The translations under genes were made by a program, and so were the position numbers. A DNA stretch of 64,000 nt, from NCBI GenBank assembly GCA_031555935.1, contig JAVBTX010000023.1:370-64369 (forward strand), in the 5' to 3' direction. Under the pieces are notes generated by a model that was not told the origin of the DNA, did not search any database, and saw nothing but the letters and a program-made list of their open reading frames with translations. Origin of the DNA: Lachnospiraceae bacterium. Lineage in GTDB: Bacteria; Bacillota; Clostridia; Lachnospirales; Lachnospiraceae. Of the stretch, positions 33,827 through 43,820 are shown piece by piece. Numbering within the stretch: position 1 is the stretch's first letter; each line of letters opens with the position of its first letter.

Positions 33827-34456
33827 TTATTTTGTGCCAAAAATACGATCGCCGGCATCACCTAATCCTGGCACAATATAACCATGATCATTTAAATGGT
33901 CATCCAATGCGCCAATATAAATATCTACATCTGGGTGCGCATCCTGCATCCGTTTTACGCCTTCTGGGGCAGCAATAATACACATAAAGCGAATGTTCTT
34001 AACGCCCTTATCCTTCATCATCTGAATCGCCGCAACGGATGAACCGCCAGTGGCAAGCATTGGGTCAACAACGAAGACCTCACGTTCATTGCAATCCTCT
34101 GGTAATTTGCAGTAATATTCTACTGGCTCTAAACTCTCTGGGTCACGGTAAAGACCAATATGACCAACCTTCGCTGCCGGAATCATCGTCAGCATACCAT
34201 CTACCATGCCGAGACCAGCTCGCAGGATTGGCACAATCGCTAGTTTCTTTCCCTTTAGTTCTTTGACTGTCGTGGTACAAATCGGGGTCTGGATTTCAAT
34301 ATCTGCTAACTTCAAATCTCTGGTTGCCTCGTAGCACATTAACATTGCAATTTCGCTAATCATTGCCCGAAATTCTTTTGAACCGGTTTCTTCTCTGCGA
34401 ATCCAGCCAACCTTATGCTGAATCAACGGATGTTCCATTACGATTACGTTTGACAT
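33827..34456 (-). CDS. upp: Uracil phosphoribosyltransferase
   Basis: [31 protein letters not shown]. Confidence 0.98.
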   Translation of the reverse strand: MSNVIVMEHPLIQHKVGWIRREETGSKEFRAMISEIAMLMCYEATRDLKLADIEIQTPICTTTVKELKGKKLAIVPILRAGLGMVDGMLTMIPAAKVGHIGLYRDPESLEPVEYYCKLPEDCNEREVFVVDPMLATGGSSVAAIQMMKDKGVKNIRFMCIIAAPEGVKRMQDAHPDVDIYIGALDDHLNDHGYIVPGLGDAGDRIFGTK

Positions 34457-34459
34457 TCC

Positions 34460-34918
34460 CTATTCTCCTTCGTTTAATAGATTTACCAGTTTCTTAATTG
34501 ATTTACTAAGTGTTTCATAACACAATCCATATGCCTGTAACGTACCGCCGTAAGGGTCCATAATCTCCAGTTCATCCCCGACTAATTCGGTTAGAACCTG
34601 AACATTCTCTGGGTTGGCACTAGAATATCCTTCCAGAATCTTCTGCCGCTCATGGGTTTCCATCGTAAGTACTAATGTATCCTCATCAAAATCTGCTTCC
34701 GTTATCGGACTGGACATATAACCTTCTAAGTTAATACCATTACTGATTAATACAGCTTCTGCTTTTTGATTCAGCGGTTCCGAAAATAACACCACCAGTC
34801 CTCTGCTGTCTATCTTAACTGGTTGTTTCAAGCTATATTCACCTAATATTCCCGCCGCCATCGGCGCACGGCAGGTGCCGCCTTCGGCCACAAATACAAT
34901 TCGTTTATAGGGTCTCAT
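34460..34918 (-). CDS. Low-molecular-weight phosphatase fold (YwlE-like), catalytic Cys replaced by Ala
   Basis: FVAEGGTCRAPMA versus canonical FVCTGNTCRSPMA; DPYGG retained; located between sua5 and upp. Confidence 0.85.
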   Translation of the reverse strand: MRPYKRIVFVAEGGTCRAPMAAGILGEYSLKQPVKIDSRGLVVLFSEPLNQKAEAVLISNGINLEGYMSSPITEADFDEDTLVLTMETHERQKILEGYSSANPENVQVLTELVGDELEIMDPYGGTLQAYGLCYETLSKSIKKLVNLLNEGE

Positions 34919-34929
34919 AAAAACCTCCT

Positions 34930-35979
34930 CTACACGGAAATCACTTGATGACCGGCAGCCTTTAACAATCGATTCATGATTGCCTGACCAATTCGTGGGG
35001 TGGAAAAACTCTCCGAGTATATTATTTCCACATCCATGTCATCAAATTCCCGTAATATCTTATAAAGATGTCTTGCAATCGCATTTTCATCTTTTCGGGA
35101 GCCAATACTAACCACTGTTCCCTGATGATAGCACGCATATGTCTCGTCGGTACAAATAATCCCGACTCGCTTTCCCTGCGCGATATTCTCGGTGGTCAGT
35201 GTACAGATTCGCTCCACTACCATTTTTGCTTCCCCACTAATCAAAACCAAATCAGCCTGCGGGGCATAATGCTTGTATTTCATGCCTGGTGCCTTTGGCT
35301 TGACCGATGAATCACTGTCAATAATACCGGGATCCACCTTCACTTCTCCGATTACTTTTTCAATCATCTCTTTTGTAATAAATCCCGGACGAAGTATCAT
35401 TGGTACTTCCTCTGTCAAATCCAATATCGTGGATTCTATTCCAATACCGACTGGACCCCCATCCAAAATCAGTGGAATTTTTCCATTTAAATCAGCAAAT
35501 ACATGCTCTGCCAAGGTTGGGCTTGGGCGTCCCGATGTATTTGCACTTGGTGCTGCAATATAACCGCCGCTCTCTTTAATCAGCGCCAGTGCCACCGGAT
35601 GATTTGGCATACGAATCGCAACCGTATCTAGTCCACCCGTTGTCTCATCTGGCACATTCTCATTTTTCGGTAAAACAAGCGTCAGGGGACCCGGCCAAAA
35701 AGCCTCGCTTAATGCTCTGGCCTGCTTGGGTATCACAGTTACTATTTTATCGAGCGCTGAAAATTCTGCAATATGCACGATTAGTGGATTATCCGAAGGT
35801 CTGCCCTTAGCAGCGTATATTTTTTCAGAAGCACCGGCATTTAGAGCATCCGCTCCTAGTCCATAGACTGTCTCGGTGGGGAATGCCACCAGAGCGCCCT
35901 GACTGATAATCTGCGCCGCTTGCTTTATTTTGTCTGCGTCTTCCAGACTGTTTTTTATTCGTTCCATCTTTGTATCCAT
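34930..35979 (-). CDS. sua5: Threonylcarbamoyl-AMP synthase (Sua5/TsaC2)
   Basis: AFPTETVYGLGA, KGRPSDNPLIVH, APSANTSG, PGMKYKHYAP. Confidence 0.95.
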   Translation of the reverse strand: MDTKMERIKNSLEDADKIKQAAQIISQGALVAFPTETVYGLGADALNAGASEKIYAAKGRPSDNPLIVHIAEFSALDKIVTVIPKQARALSEAFWPGPLTLVLPKNENVPDETTGGLDTVAIRMPNHPVALALIKESGGYIAAPSANTSGRPSPTLAEHVFADLNGKIPLILDGGPVGIGIESTILDLTEEVPMILRPGFITKEMIEKVIGEVKVDPGIIDSDSSVKPKAPGMKYKHYAPQADLVLISGEAKMVVERICTLTTENIAQGKRVGIICTDETYACYHQGTVVSIGSRKDENAIARHLYKILREFDDMDVEIIYSESFSTPRIGQAIMNRLLKAAGHQVISV

Positions 35980-36102
35980 AACGTTTATTATATCAGCGTT
36001 ATTAAAATATGGCAACCTACTTGCACGGTTTTTGTAATTGTGTCATAATGAATTTATTACTTTTTTTGACAATAAAACTTTAAAATAAAGGGAGATGTGA
36101 AA

Positions 36103-37140
36103 ATGAACATAATTAAAAGTGAGTATGGTTTTACGAATGACGGTACGCCGATTTCCTTATATCGAATTGAAAACGCTTCCGGCGCTTCGGTCACCGTTTC
36201 TGACTACGGATGCCGATTAATCAGCATCTATGTTCCAAACAACAAGGGCCAGCTAATTGATGTCTGTCTGGGGTTACGTGATGCTTCACAGTATTTGGAA
36301 GATGATGCCAGCGTTGGCGCTGTTGTCGGACGTTGTGCCAATCGCATCGCGAAAGGTCATTTTACTTTAAATGAAGAGTCCTATCAGCTTGCCATTAACA
36401 ATGGTCCAAACCATCTGCATGGCGGCCCAACCGGTTTTGCCACGCGGGTCTGGAATACTGTGGTTGCTGACGACAAGGTTATCTTTTCCCGTACCAGTGT
36501 GGATGGCGAGGAAGGTTATCCGGGCAATCTGAAAGTTTCCGTAACATATGCTTGGTCCGAAGACAATGAGCTTTCTATATTATATGAGGCAGATTCTGAC
36601 AAAGACACAGTTTTTAACATTACCAGCCACGGATACTTTAATTTGGACGGTCAGGGCAGCGATAGTGTTTTAGCCCATGAGCTGCAAATTGATGCCGATA
36701 CCATAACCGAGATTGATAGCACTCAGATTCCAACCGGCAACATCATATCGGTTGAGAACACACCATTTGATTTCCGCGAATTTAAAACCCTCGGAGCAGA
36801 CATTCATGCCAATCATGCACAGCTTGCCATCAGCGAAACCTATGACCACAATCTGGTTCTTAACGGTACCGGACTACGGGAAGCGGCTGTTTTACAATCG
36901 CGCGACAGCGGCATTCGGATGACTTGCTTCACCGACCAGCCAGGCATTCAAGTGTATGTACCATGCTACATTCTCCATCAAAAAGGGAAGAATGATATTG
37001 ATTATCCAGCGTTTAGCAGTGTCTGTCTGGAAACTCAGCATTATCCAGACTCGATCAACCATCCGGATTTCCCATCGGTTGTGTTGGGTGCGGATGAACA
37101 TTTTAAGTCTAAGACAATTTATCATTTCTCAACAATATAA
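36103..37140 (+). CDS. galM: Aldose 1-epimerase
   Basis: GRCANRI, NHLHGG, GYPGNL, H.YFNL, CLETQHYPD. Confidence 0.93.
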   Translation: MNIIKSEYGFTNDGTPISLYRIENASGASVTVSDYGCRLISIYVPNNKGQLIDVCLGLRDASQYLEDDASVGAVVGRCANRIAKGHFTLNEESYQLAINNGPNHLHGGPTGFATRVWNTVVADDKVIFSRTSVDGEEGYPGNLKVSVTYAWSEDNELSILYEADSDKDTVFNITSHGYFNLDGQGSDSVLAHELQIDADTITEIDSTQIPTGNIISVENTPFDFREFKTLGADIHANHAQLAISETYDHNLVLNGTGLREAAVLQSRDSGIRMTCFTDQPGIQVYVPCYILHQKGKNDIDYPAFSSVCLETQHYPDSINHPDFPSVVLGADEHFKSKTIYHFSTI

Positions 37141-37164
37141 ACGTGTGCCGTCAGGCGCACTTCC

Positions 37165-37199
37165 AAAAGCGGCCGATTCATATGAATTGACCGCTTTTG
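37165..37199 (+). terminator. Terminator after galM
   Basis: AAAAGCGG..CCGCTTTT inverted repeat. Confidence 0.7.
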
Positions 37200-37248
37200 T
37201 ATATTTTATGGTCTTTTGCTCACACTAAAAAATAAAACGGTGATATTT

Positions 37249-37827
37249 ATGAGTGATAATTGGGTAATTCCAAAAAATAGCCGGCTGTATAATAAAACAA
37301 CCGGCTTTTCTTTCTTCTATTATATTATATTGTTTCTATTCTTTGCTTTTATTGGCTGGGTATGGGAGGTTGTACTCTGCTTGTTTACGATGCAGGCCTT
37401 TATCAACCGCGGGGTACTCTTTGGACCCTGGCTGCCCGTCTATGGCGCTGGCGGACTATTCCTATACTTCCTGCTTTTCCGCCTGAAGAAACATCCCATC
37501 TGGATATTTTTGCTGGCCACGGCCATTTGCTCTGTGCTAGAATACTTTTCCAGTTGGTTTTTGGAAAAATTATGGGGTATCCGCTGGTGGGATTATAGTG
37601 ATTCCTTCTTAAACCTGCATGGTCGTATCTGCTTATTATGCAGCGTCGGGTTTGGCATTGGTGCGCTGTTGATTATTTATGTGTTTATTCCCTTTTGGGA
37701 AAAGCGATATGAAAAAATTCCATCTCCGATTCGAAAAACACTGGGAATCATTCTTTTGCTTTTATTTATCGCGGATGCTACCTATGCCGCTGTTGCTCCT
37801 AATATTGGGCATGGCATCACATCCTAA
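37249..37827 (+). CDS. Putative ABC transporter permease (CmpB/DUF1113-like)
   Basis: GWVWE, NRG.L.GPWLPVYG, LEY, WWDYS....NLHGRICL. Confidence 0.85.
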   Translation: MSDNWVIPKNSRLYNKTTGFSFFYYIILFLFFAFIGWVWEVVLCLFTMQAFINRGVLFGPWLPVYGAGGLFLYFLLFRLKKHPIWIFLLATAICSVLEYFSSWFLEKLWGIRWWDYSDSFLNLHGRICLLCSVGFGIGALLIIYVFIPFWEKRYEKIPSPIRKTLGIILLLLFIADATYAAVAPNIGHGITS

Positions 37828-37835
37828 TGTAAAAT

Positions 37836-38519
37836 TTATTGATTCAGATACTGCATTGCTCCCATATAGATTGCCCATGCCATATCCTGCTGGTATTCAT
37901 CGGTCATCAGCTTCTCCGCCTCTCCGTGATTACTTAAAAAACCACACTCAACAATTACCGTCGGGGTTGAGGTTTTTCGGAGCAAATAGTAGCTGTCATT
38001 GGCCTTTGCCTGACGATGCTTTTCCTTATCAATTCGGTCCGAGAAGCTTTGTTGAATTGTCTCTGCCAAAATCTTACTCTTTTCAGAATTTTTATAGAAA
38101 AAGCACTGTGCACCACTAACAGAGGAATCCGAAAAACTATTCTGATGGATGCTGATGGTAAAGATTGGATTTGCTTTTTCTATTTTTTCACACCGACGAC
38201 GCATGTCTTCGACTTTTTTATTCTTACTGCCAGAATCGTATAAGCCCTCGTCACTGTCTCTGGTTAATACGATGTCGATTCCTTCTTTTTCAAATAAGGT
38301 TTTTAATTTTAATGCTATCTCCAGATTGAGGTCCTTCTCTAAAACGCCATTTGTCCCTACTTTTCCAGGGTCAAAGCCGCCATGCCCGGCATCTATGACA
38401 ATGCAGGTATTTGCCGTTTTTGCACTATTACTGGTCACTGTCTGAGCCCCCTGCCAAGCTAGAAAAAACGCCCCAACAAGTAATAAAACACCCATTCCAA
38501 GCTCTATTTTTTTATTCAT
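37836..38519 (-). CDS. cwlD: N-acetylmuramoyl-L-alanine amidase (CwlD-like)
   Basis: IDAGHGGFDPG, EKDLNL, SIHQN, IVECGFLSN; N-terminal TM. Confidence 0.75.
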   Translation of the reverse strand: MNKKIELGMGVLLLVGAFFLAWQGAQTVTSNSAKTANTCIVIDAGHGGFDPGKVGTNGVLEKDLNLEIALKLKTLFEKEGIDIVLTRDSDEGLYDSGSKNKKVEDMRRRCEKIEKANPIFTISIHQNSFSDSSVSGAQCFFYKNSEKSKILAETIQQSFSDRIDKEKHRQAKANDSYYLLRKTSTPTVIVECGFLSNHGEAEKLMTDEYQQDMAWAIYMGAMQYLNQ

Positions 38520-38545
38520 AATGATACCCATATCCTGCTTTTTAC

Positions 38546-38574
38546 AAGATATGAAAAAAAGCTGTGCTTTATAC
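38546..38574 (-). promoter_or_regulatory. Putative sigmaE sporulation promoter overlapping the upstream gene's terminator
   Basis: GTATAAA-N14-CATATCTT upstream of the cwlD-like gene. Confidence 0.4.
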
Positions 38575-38590
38575 ACAGCTTTTTCTTTAT

Positions 38591-40330
38591 TTAATTGGTA
38601 TACTTAATGATGGTATCCCATATCGTATCGGTTTCAAAGCCTAGCTTCCAGAAGGATACACCAGCCAGACTATTGGACTTCATTACTTCCATTTTTTTCT
38701 CAATGGAAGTCGCATCCTCTACCCATATTTTATAGGTGATGCCTTCATTTAGATATTCGGAATAATACTGTCCGTCTTCTTCTGACCAAATCTGTTCAGC
38801 ACCGTTGACTTCGATTCGGTTCTGCGCGCCCTTCATGCCAACCGCTTCACTGCTGACAGTATATGGAACGTAGTCCTCGGCTGCAGATTCTACACTGTCA
38901 CCAACCTCTTCTTTTGGCGTCAATGCCCAAATCCTGGTATAAAATGGACATCCTAAGATAGTCTGCTCGGCCGGTACTTCTTTCAAGGTATTTACAACGC
39001 CATCGGTTACAAATCCAATCGATGCCACCGAGCCTTCATCGGAACCATTATAATGCTCATCGTATGCCATAATAATAATATAATCCGCAAAATTGGCTTG
39101 TTCCCCGCGGTTATAAAATGCCGTGTAATCAGTTGGCACATAGTTATCTACCGAAAGAATTATGCCATTATTCGCACATTTCAAGGACAGCTCGCGGATA
39201 AACTGCAAATATCCCTCACCCGCATCAAAGGCCAATGCTTCCATATCCACATTGATTCCATCCAACTCATATTCAATCGCCGCCGCAATCAGCTTATTGA
39301 CGAGGTTCTGTCGGCTTGAGGTACGATTTAGAATACTCGTTGTATCAACATCCGGATTTTCCAGATTGCTGACGAGTGCCCATACTTCAATATTGTTCTG
39401 ATGGCATTGGTTCACATAATTCTTGCTGGCTAGTGATGCGATATTTCCTTCGTTATCATTTAAATAAAACCATGTTGGCGAAATTACATTGATGCCTTTC
39501 GTGCCTTGCAAAACGTCAGTCAGTGTTCCGTTGGCATCCACCGTGGTAACCTGATGCCATGCCATCTGAATAGTTCCCTCTTTCTTGGTATGACTAAATA
39601 CTGGCTCCGTAAATTCATGGCTTCTGGCAACCGTTGTTTCGTTGCCAATAAATTTCGTTTTTAAATATCCCACAATTCCATCCGCGGTTGATACCTTCGT
39701 CCAGTTTTCACCTTTTTCCAGCAAGGTAAGTTCATCACCCTTGATGAGTTCCTTTAGAATTGGACTCTTGATGCCACCCTTAACACGCAATTGAGTATCT
39801 TTCTTCACCGCCGCGCTTGCCACTTCGCCCCATTCACTAAATATAACGACCCGATTTGGCGCTTCAATAATCTGATGCGTCATGTTGGTATATTTTTCAA
39901 TAAAATCAAGTGCCAGATACATCTTCTCACCATCGACCCGGACGATAGTATAATTTTCCGAATGATTCTCTTTGCCAATCAGATAATCTTTGTTGCCCGC
40001 ATTGACAGTTATCAAAGCATCCGGCAGAGTATAAAGCAATATATTTTCGGCCGAATCCCAATAAAATCTTTCATTAAACATCTGATGAACCACCGTAAAG
40101 TCAACGTACACCTGACCATCCCAATATTTACAAACAGTATCGATTAATTCATCATCTAACACAACGGCAATATCGTCCGCCGCAGTCAGCCCGTAGTAGG
40201 CCTGCATATCAGCTTCTTCTTTGGTTGGTATATATTTTTCTATTACACGCGCTGCCAGTGTAATCAATATCACAACAATAACTAGTGCTATCACTGCTAT
40301 AACAGGTAAAATTTTCTTCTTGTCCTTCAA
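38591..40330 (-). CDS. GH18 glycoside hydrolase with SH3 domain (spore cortex hydrolase-like)
   Basis: ISPTWF, LDGINVDME, IMAYDEH, GVSFWKLG. Confidence 0.88.
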   Translation of the reverse strand: MKDKKKILPVIAVIALVIVVILITLAARVIEKYIPTKEEADMQAYYGLTAADDIAVVLDDELIDTVCKYWDGQVYVDFTVVHQMFNERFYWDSAENILLYTLPDALITVNAGNKDYLIGKENHSENYTIVRVDGEKMYLALDFIEKYTNMTHQIIEAPNRVVIFSEWGEVASAAVKKDTQLRVKGGIKSPILKELIKGDELTLLEKGENWTKVSTADGIVGYLKTKFIGNETTVARSHEFTEPVFSHTKKEGTIQMAWHQVTTVDANGTLTDVLQGTKGINVISPTWFYLNDNEGNIASLASKNYVNQCHQNNIEVWALVSNLENPDVDTTSILNRTSSRQNLVNKLIAAAIEYELDGINVDMEALAFDAGEGYLQFIRELSLKCANNGIILSVDNYVPTDYTAFYNRGEQANFADYIIIMAYDEHYNGSDEGSVASIGFVTDGVVNTLKEVPAEQTILGCPFYTRIWALTPKEEVGDSVESAAEDYVPYTVSSEAVGMKGAQNRIEVNGAEQIWSEEDGQYYSEYLNEGITYKIWVEDATSIEKKMEVMKSNSLAGVSFWKLGFETDTIWDTIIKYTN

Positions 40331-40525
40331 TCCTTTTTTCCTCCTGTAACAACGACATTTTTGTCAGTCTGAGTATAACATAATTAATGAATCAAGGAAA
40401 GAGTCAAATGGCCGGAAACTTCGTATCCCATTCGAAGCCTCCAGCCATTGTTCTTTTCTTATTTCTTAATATCGTTTAAATACAATTTCAATTGCCCAGG
40501 CATTAGGAGTTCCTCGACGCAATTG

Positions 40526-40738
40526 TTACGAATTGTTTATCTTATCGAAATGTATCTCCGTTAACACCCCCTCGTCAAATATGTAATCTCTCATATATGA
40601 TGCTTCTTCTTCGACAGCCAGCACATTTGCGACCGCCCCTGAACTACTTTTCTCTCCCTCCAGCCAAATCGTTATTCCGCGCTTTTCAATGGACTGTAGT
40701 TCAATATAGAGATTTTGTCTTGTCATGTTATTCTCCAT
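40526..40738 (-). CDS. Small hypothetical protein
   Basis: 70-aa ORF co-oriented with the kinase operon; YMRDYIFD motif. Confidence 0.7.
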   Translation of the reverse strand: MENNMTRQNLYIELQSIEKRGITIWLEGEKSSSGAVANVLAVEEEASYMRDYIFDEGVLTEIHFDKINNS

Positions 40739-40796
40739 AATTCTACCCCTTTTTTCTTATTTCCAATTCCAAAAGGAAGTTTTGTGATATATTATG

Positions 40797-41369
40797 CTAT
40801 AAAAATCTGTCCAGAAATTGATAACTGCTTTTTTCTGGATGAAATGCATCCGGCACGTTGGGAATCGCATAGACGGGTGCTCCGATGGTATTCTTAAAAT
40901 CTTTTTTATCTTTTTTTATCATCCCATTGTTTGCTAAGAATACAATTGTCGCCGCCGCTACGTCATCTCCCATTTCGTCCCGGATAAAGCGGTAATATTC
41001 CTGCTTCCGCCACGGTGCTAAAGAACCCACAACCAGCTTCTGCCGGCAGCGCAAAAATTCCATGCGAATTTGATAATAGACGCTTCCCATATCAAAGATA
41101 ATTACTTCATAACCCAGGTTTAGTATCTGGGGCACGTTTCGCATCCGCCAATTGGGATAGTAGGTTACTCCCGCTAACTCAAATGGTTCTGTCTGCATAA
41201 TTAATTCTTCGATGGCATGATTCCCGCTCAATTCTATCACCGCCGTTTTTCTTCGTTTTTCTGTCGCACTGTAATTGGCCAGGGTAATCACAAGATGAGT
41301 TGCTCCCACTCCTTCTGCTGCTCCGGCAATGCCGATTATTTGGGCTTCTTTCGTTACATGTCGGAATAT
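40797..41369 (-). CDS. ParA/MinD/CpaE-like P-loop protein; probable ATA start
   Basis: Frame extends upstream of the track start to give IIGIAGAAEGVGATH; AGGAGG 8 nt before ATA at 41369. Confidence 0.65.
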   Translation of the reverse strand: MFRHVTKEAQIIGIAGAAEGVGATHLVITLANYSATEKRRKTAVIELSGNHAIEELIMQTEPFELAGVTYYPNWRMRNVPQILNLGYEVIIFDMGSVYYQIRMEFLRCRQKLVVGSLAPWRKQEYYRFIRDEMGDDVAAATIVFLANNGMIKKDKKDFKNTIGAPVYAIPNVPDAFHPEKSSYQFLDRFL

Positions 41370-41389
41370 CGTTATCTCCTCCTTTCTCT

Positions 41390-42703
41390 TTACAGTATTT
41401 TTTGAAACAAATTTTGCTTCTCACGCGTGGTTTCAAATGGATTTTCATCAATCGGAAAACTATAAACCTTGATTTGAAAAATTTCTGCATATTTTCGACA
41501 TATTTGCCTATGATTATAATTACAAATCACAATTAAATTGTCGGTATGCTGTAAACGTTCAAATGCCTTCCGGGATTCTTCCCATTCCCACTCTTTGCCA
41601 CCAATAATCAGTATTGTATACTCTGCATTCTCGATTCGGCATGCTTCGATGTTACTGCCAAAATCCAGCACGTAGCTATCTGCTTCGTAGCTGATTTCTT
41701 CTTCAATTACATTTTCTTCGGTGTGAAGTTTGGCTTTGAAATTGCCATTGACATAGACGTTATTCTCGCTTCTGCTCAGGTAATTTGCCCTTATCAGTGT
41801 GCTCGTCAAGTCTGGAATTGCCATTGATTGATAAATACATGATTTTTTCTGACTATTAAGATAGGTGGTGATTGCTGCCGCGATATGCGTTGTTCCAATG
41901 CCGGATTTTGCTCCGACCACTGCGATATGATATTTGAGATGCGAAACTGTTACCGCCCCGGGATTCATTCGTTCAAATTCTATTTCTAAGGCGAGCTTAA
42001 GCTCAACGGCGGTGGTATACCGCCTGGCCGGATTATTATTTAAGAGCTTATCAATTATCCGGTTAAAATTTTTTGAACATTTTTTCCCATTTTGGGTCTG
42101 CAGCTCCCACAAAACCTTACCCAGGGCATATAAATCAGTTGCCGGGCTAAGTGTTTCACCAAGGTATTGCTCTGGTGCTGCGTATGCGATAGTTCCATAT
42201 TGTTGGAATTTTTTTCCCTGATTGGTAATATAAGATGCAATTCCAAAATCGACTATTTTCACAGAATTTCCGCATACTATAATGTGCTCCGGTTTTAAAT
42301 CCTGGTAGCAAACGGGATGTGGTTCTCTGCTGTGAAGATAAATAAAAATCTCACATAATTGGATTCCTAATTGCATAATGTATTGCTGGGAAATACTATC
42401 ATGATGAAGCATAAATTTCTGTAAAGATTCTCCCTCCACATATTCCTCAATAATATAAAGAAATGTATCATCCTCGTCGATATCATATATAATAGGGATG
42501 GATGGATGCGAAAGATTCTTCAACAAATCTGCTTCCAGACGAAATTGTGGCTGCAACGGATGTGATTTAGATATAATCTTAATTGCACGATATGCCTTCA
42601 ATTTCATGTGTTCGGCTAAATACACGTTGCCACTGCTACCGCAGCCTAACAATCGTATGATCTGATATTTATCGAACAGGGTAATATTTTCTGTGCTTTC
42701 CAT
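41390..42703 (-). CDS. Hanks-type Ser/Thr kinase fused to a P-loop-like domain
   Basis: LGCGSSGNVY, AIK, YQDLKPEHI, DFG, APE; C-terminal VVGAKSGIGTTH. Confidence 0.88.
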   Translation of the reverse strand: MESTENITLFDKYQIIRLLGCGSSGNVYLAEHMKLKAYRAIKIISKSHPLQPQFRLEADLLKNLSHPSIPIIYDIDEDDTFLYIIEEYVEGESLQKFMLHHDSISQQYIMQLGIQLCEIFIYLHSREPHPVCYQDLKPEHIIVCGNSVKIVDFGIASYITNQGKKFQQYGTIAYAAPEQYLGETLSPATDLYALGKVLWELQTQNGKKCSKNFNRIIDKLLNNNPARRYTTAVELKLALEIEFERMNPGAVTVSHLKYHIAVVGAKSGIGTTHIAAAITTYLNSQKKSCIYQSMAIPDLTSTLIRANYLSRSENNVYVNGNFKAKLHTEENVIEEEISYEADSYVLDFGSNIEACRIENAEYTILIIGGKEWEWEESRKAFERLQHTDNLIVICNYNHRQICRKYAEIFQIKVYSFPIDENPFETTREKQNLFQKIL

Positions 42704-42914
42704 TGGCTCCTTTCAAACGAATGCCGGGTGGAACGCATCTCATGTAAGTTTTATATCATACCTCAGGTATCATTGGCAACAGAATTTCTAATTTTTTAGA
42801 ATGTTTACAAATTTTTAATATATTTTTACCGTTTACAATGTATAGGCTTTCTTTTATAATGAAAGTACCTATATAAATTATTATTTTTTATTTTCTAAGT
42901 TAGGAAGTGATGAT

Positions 42915-43712
42915 ATGAAAATAGAAAAAGTGAATGACAACCAGATTCGATGCACGTTAACTCGTGAGGATTTAGCGGATAGACAATTGAAACTTAGTGA
43001 ACTTGCTTATGGAACAGAAAAAGCCAAGTCTCTTTTTCGTGAGATGATGCAACAGGCTTCCTATGAGTTTGGCTTTGAAGCGGAGGATATTCCGCTGATG
43101 ATTGAAGCCATTCCAGTTTCTGCAGATACCATTATTTTGATTATAACCAAGGTTGAATACCCAGAAGAGCTTGATACTCGTTTTTCCAAATTTTCGGAGT
43201 CCGATGAGGACTTTGATGATTTTGGTCTTGAGGATGTATCTGACAATGCTTCGGCCGGTGCGGATGATATTTTGGACTTAGTTCACAAGCTACAGCAGGA
43301 CCGCCAAAAAAATGACGAGCAATCTTCGAAGGAGTTTATACCTTTGAATGAAGCGATTTCGAAAAAAGCTGCGGCCCAATCTTCGGCAACTGAGGATTCA
43401 CCGGTTTCAATATCTGTTGAGATTACAAAACTGTTTACTTTTCAAGATTTAGATACATTGACTCGTCTTTCCCATATTTTGGAAGGCTTCTATCATGATT
43501 ATAATACCTTATATAAGAAGCCGCAGACGAGGAAGTATTATCTTATTATCCGAAAAGGTAAACACTCTCCAGAAGATTTCAACAAGGTCTGCAATATCAT
43601 CTTGGAATACTCTTCGCAGGAGAAATACTCATCTGCTACGGAAGCGTATTTTAACGAGCATTACGATGTTTTGATTGGTGCACGCGCACTACAGACTCTG
43701 GCTACAGTTTAA
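42915..43712 (+). CDS. mecA: ClpC adaptor protein MecA
   Basis: MKIEKVNDNQIRCTLT..DL..R, LMIEA. Confidence 0.9.
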   Translation: MKIEKVNDNQIRCTLTREDLADRQLKLSELAYGTEKAKSLFREMMQQASYEFGFEAEDIPLMIEAIPVSADTIILIITKVEYPEELDTRFSKFSESDEDFDDFGLEDVSDNASAGADDILDLVHKLQQDRQKNDEQSSKEFIPLNEAISKKAAAQSSATEDSPVSISVEITKLFTFQDLDTLTRLSHILEGFYHDYNTLYKKPQTRKYYLIIRKGKHSPEDFNKVCNIILEYSSQEKYSSATEAYFNEHYDVLIGARALQTLATV

Positions 43713-43740
43713 CTTTTTTACGACACGCAATACTGAACAG

Positions 43741-43771
43741 CGGGACCTTCCATAAGGGAGGTCCCCGTTTT
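43741..43771 (+). terminator. Terminator after mecA
   Basis: CGGGACCTTCC..GGGAGGTCCCCG followed by TTTT. Confidence 0.75.
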
Positions 43772-43820
43772 CGTATGTAAAGAACAAAAAATCAGATATA
43801 GTTCTGTGATGGTAGTTTGC

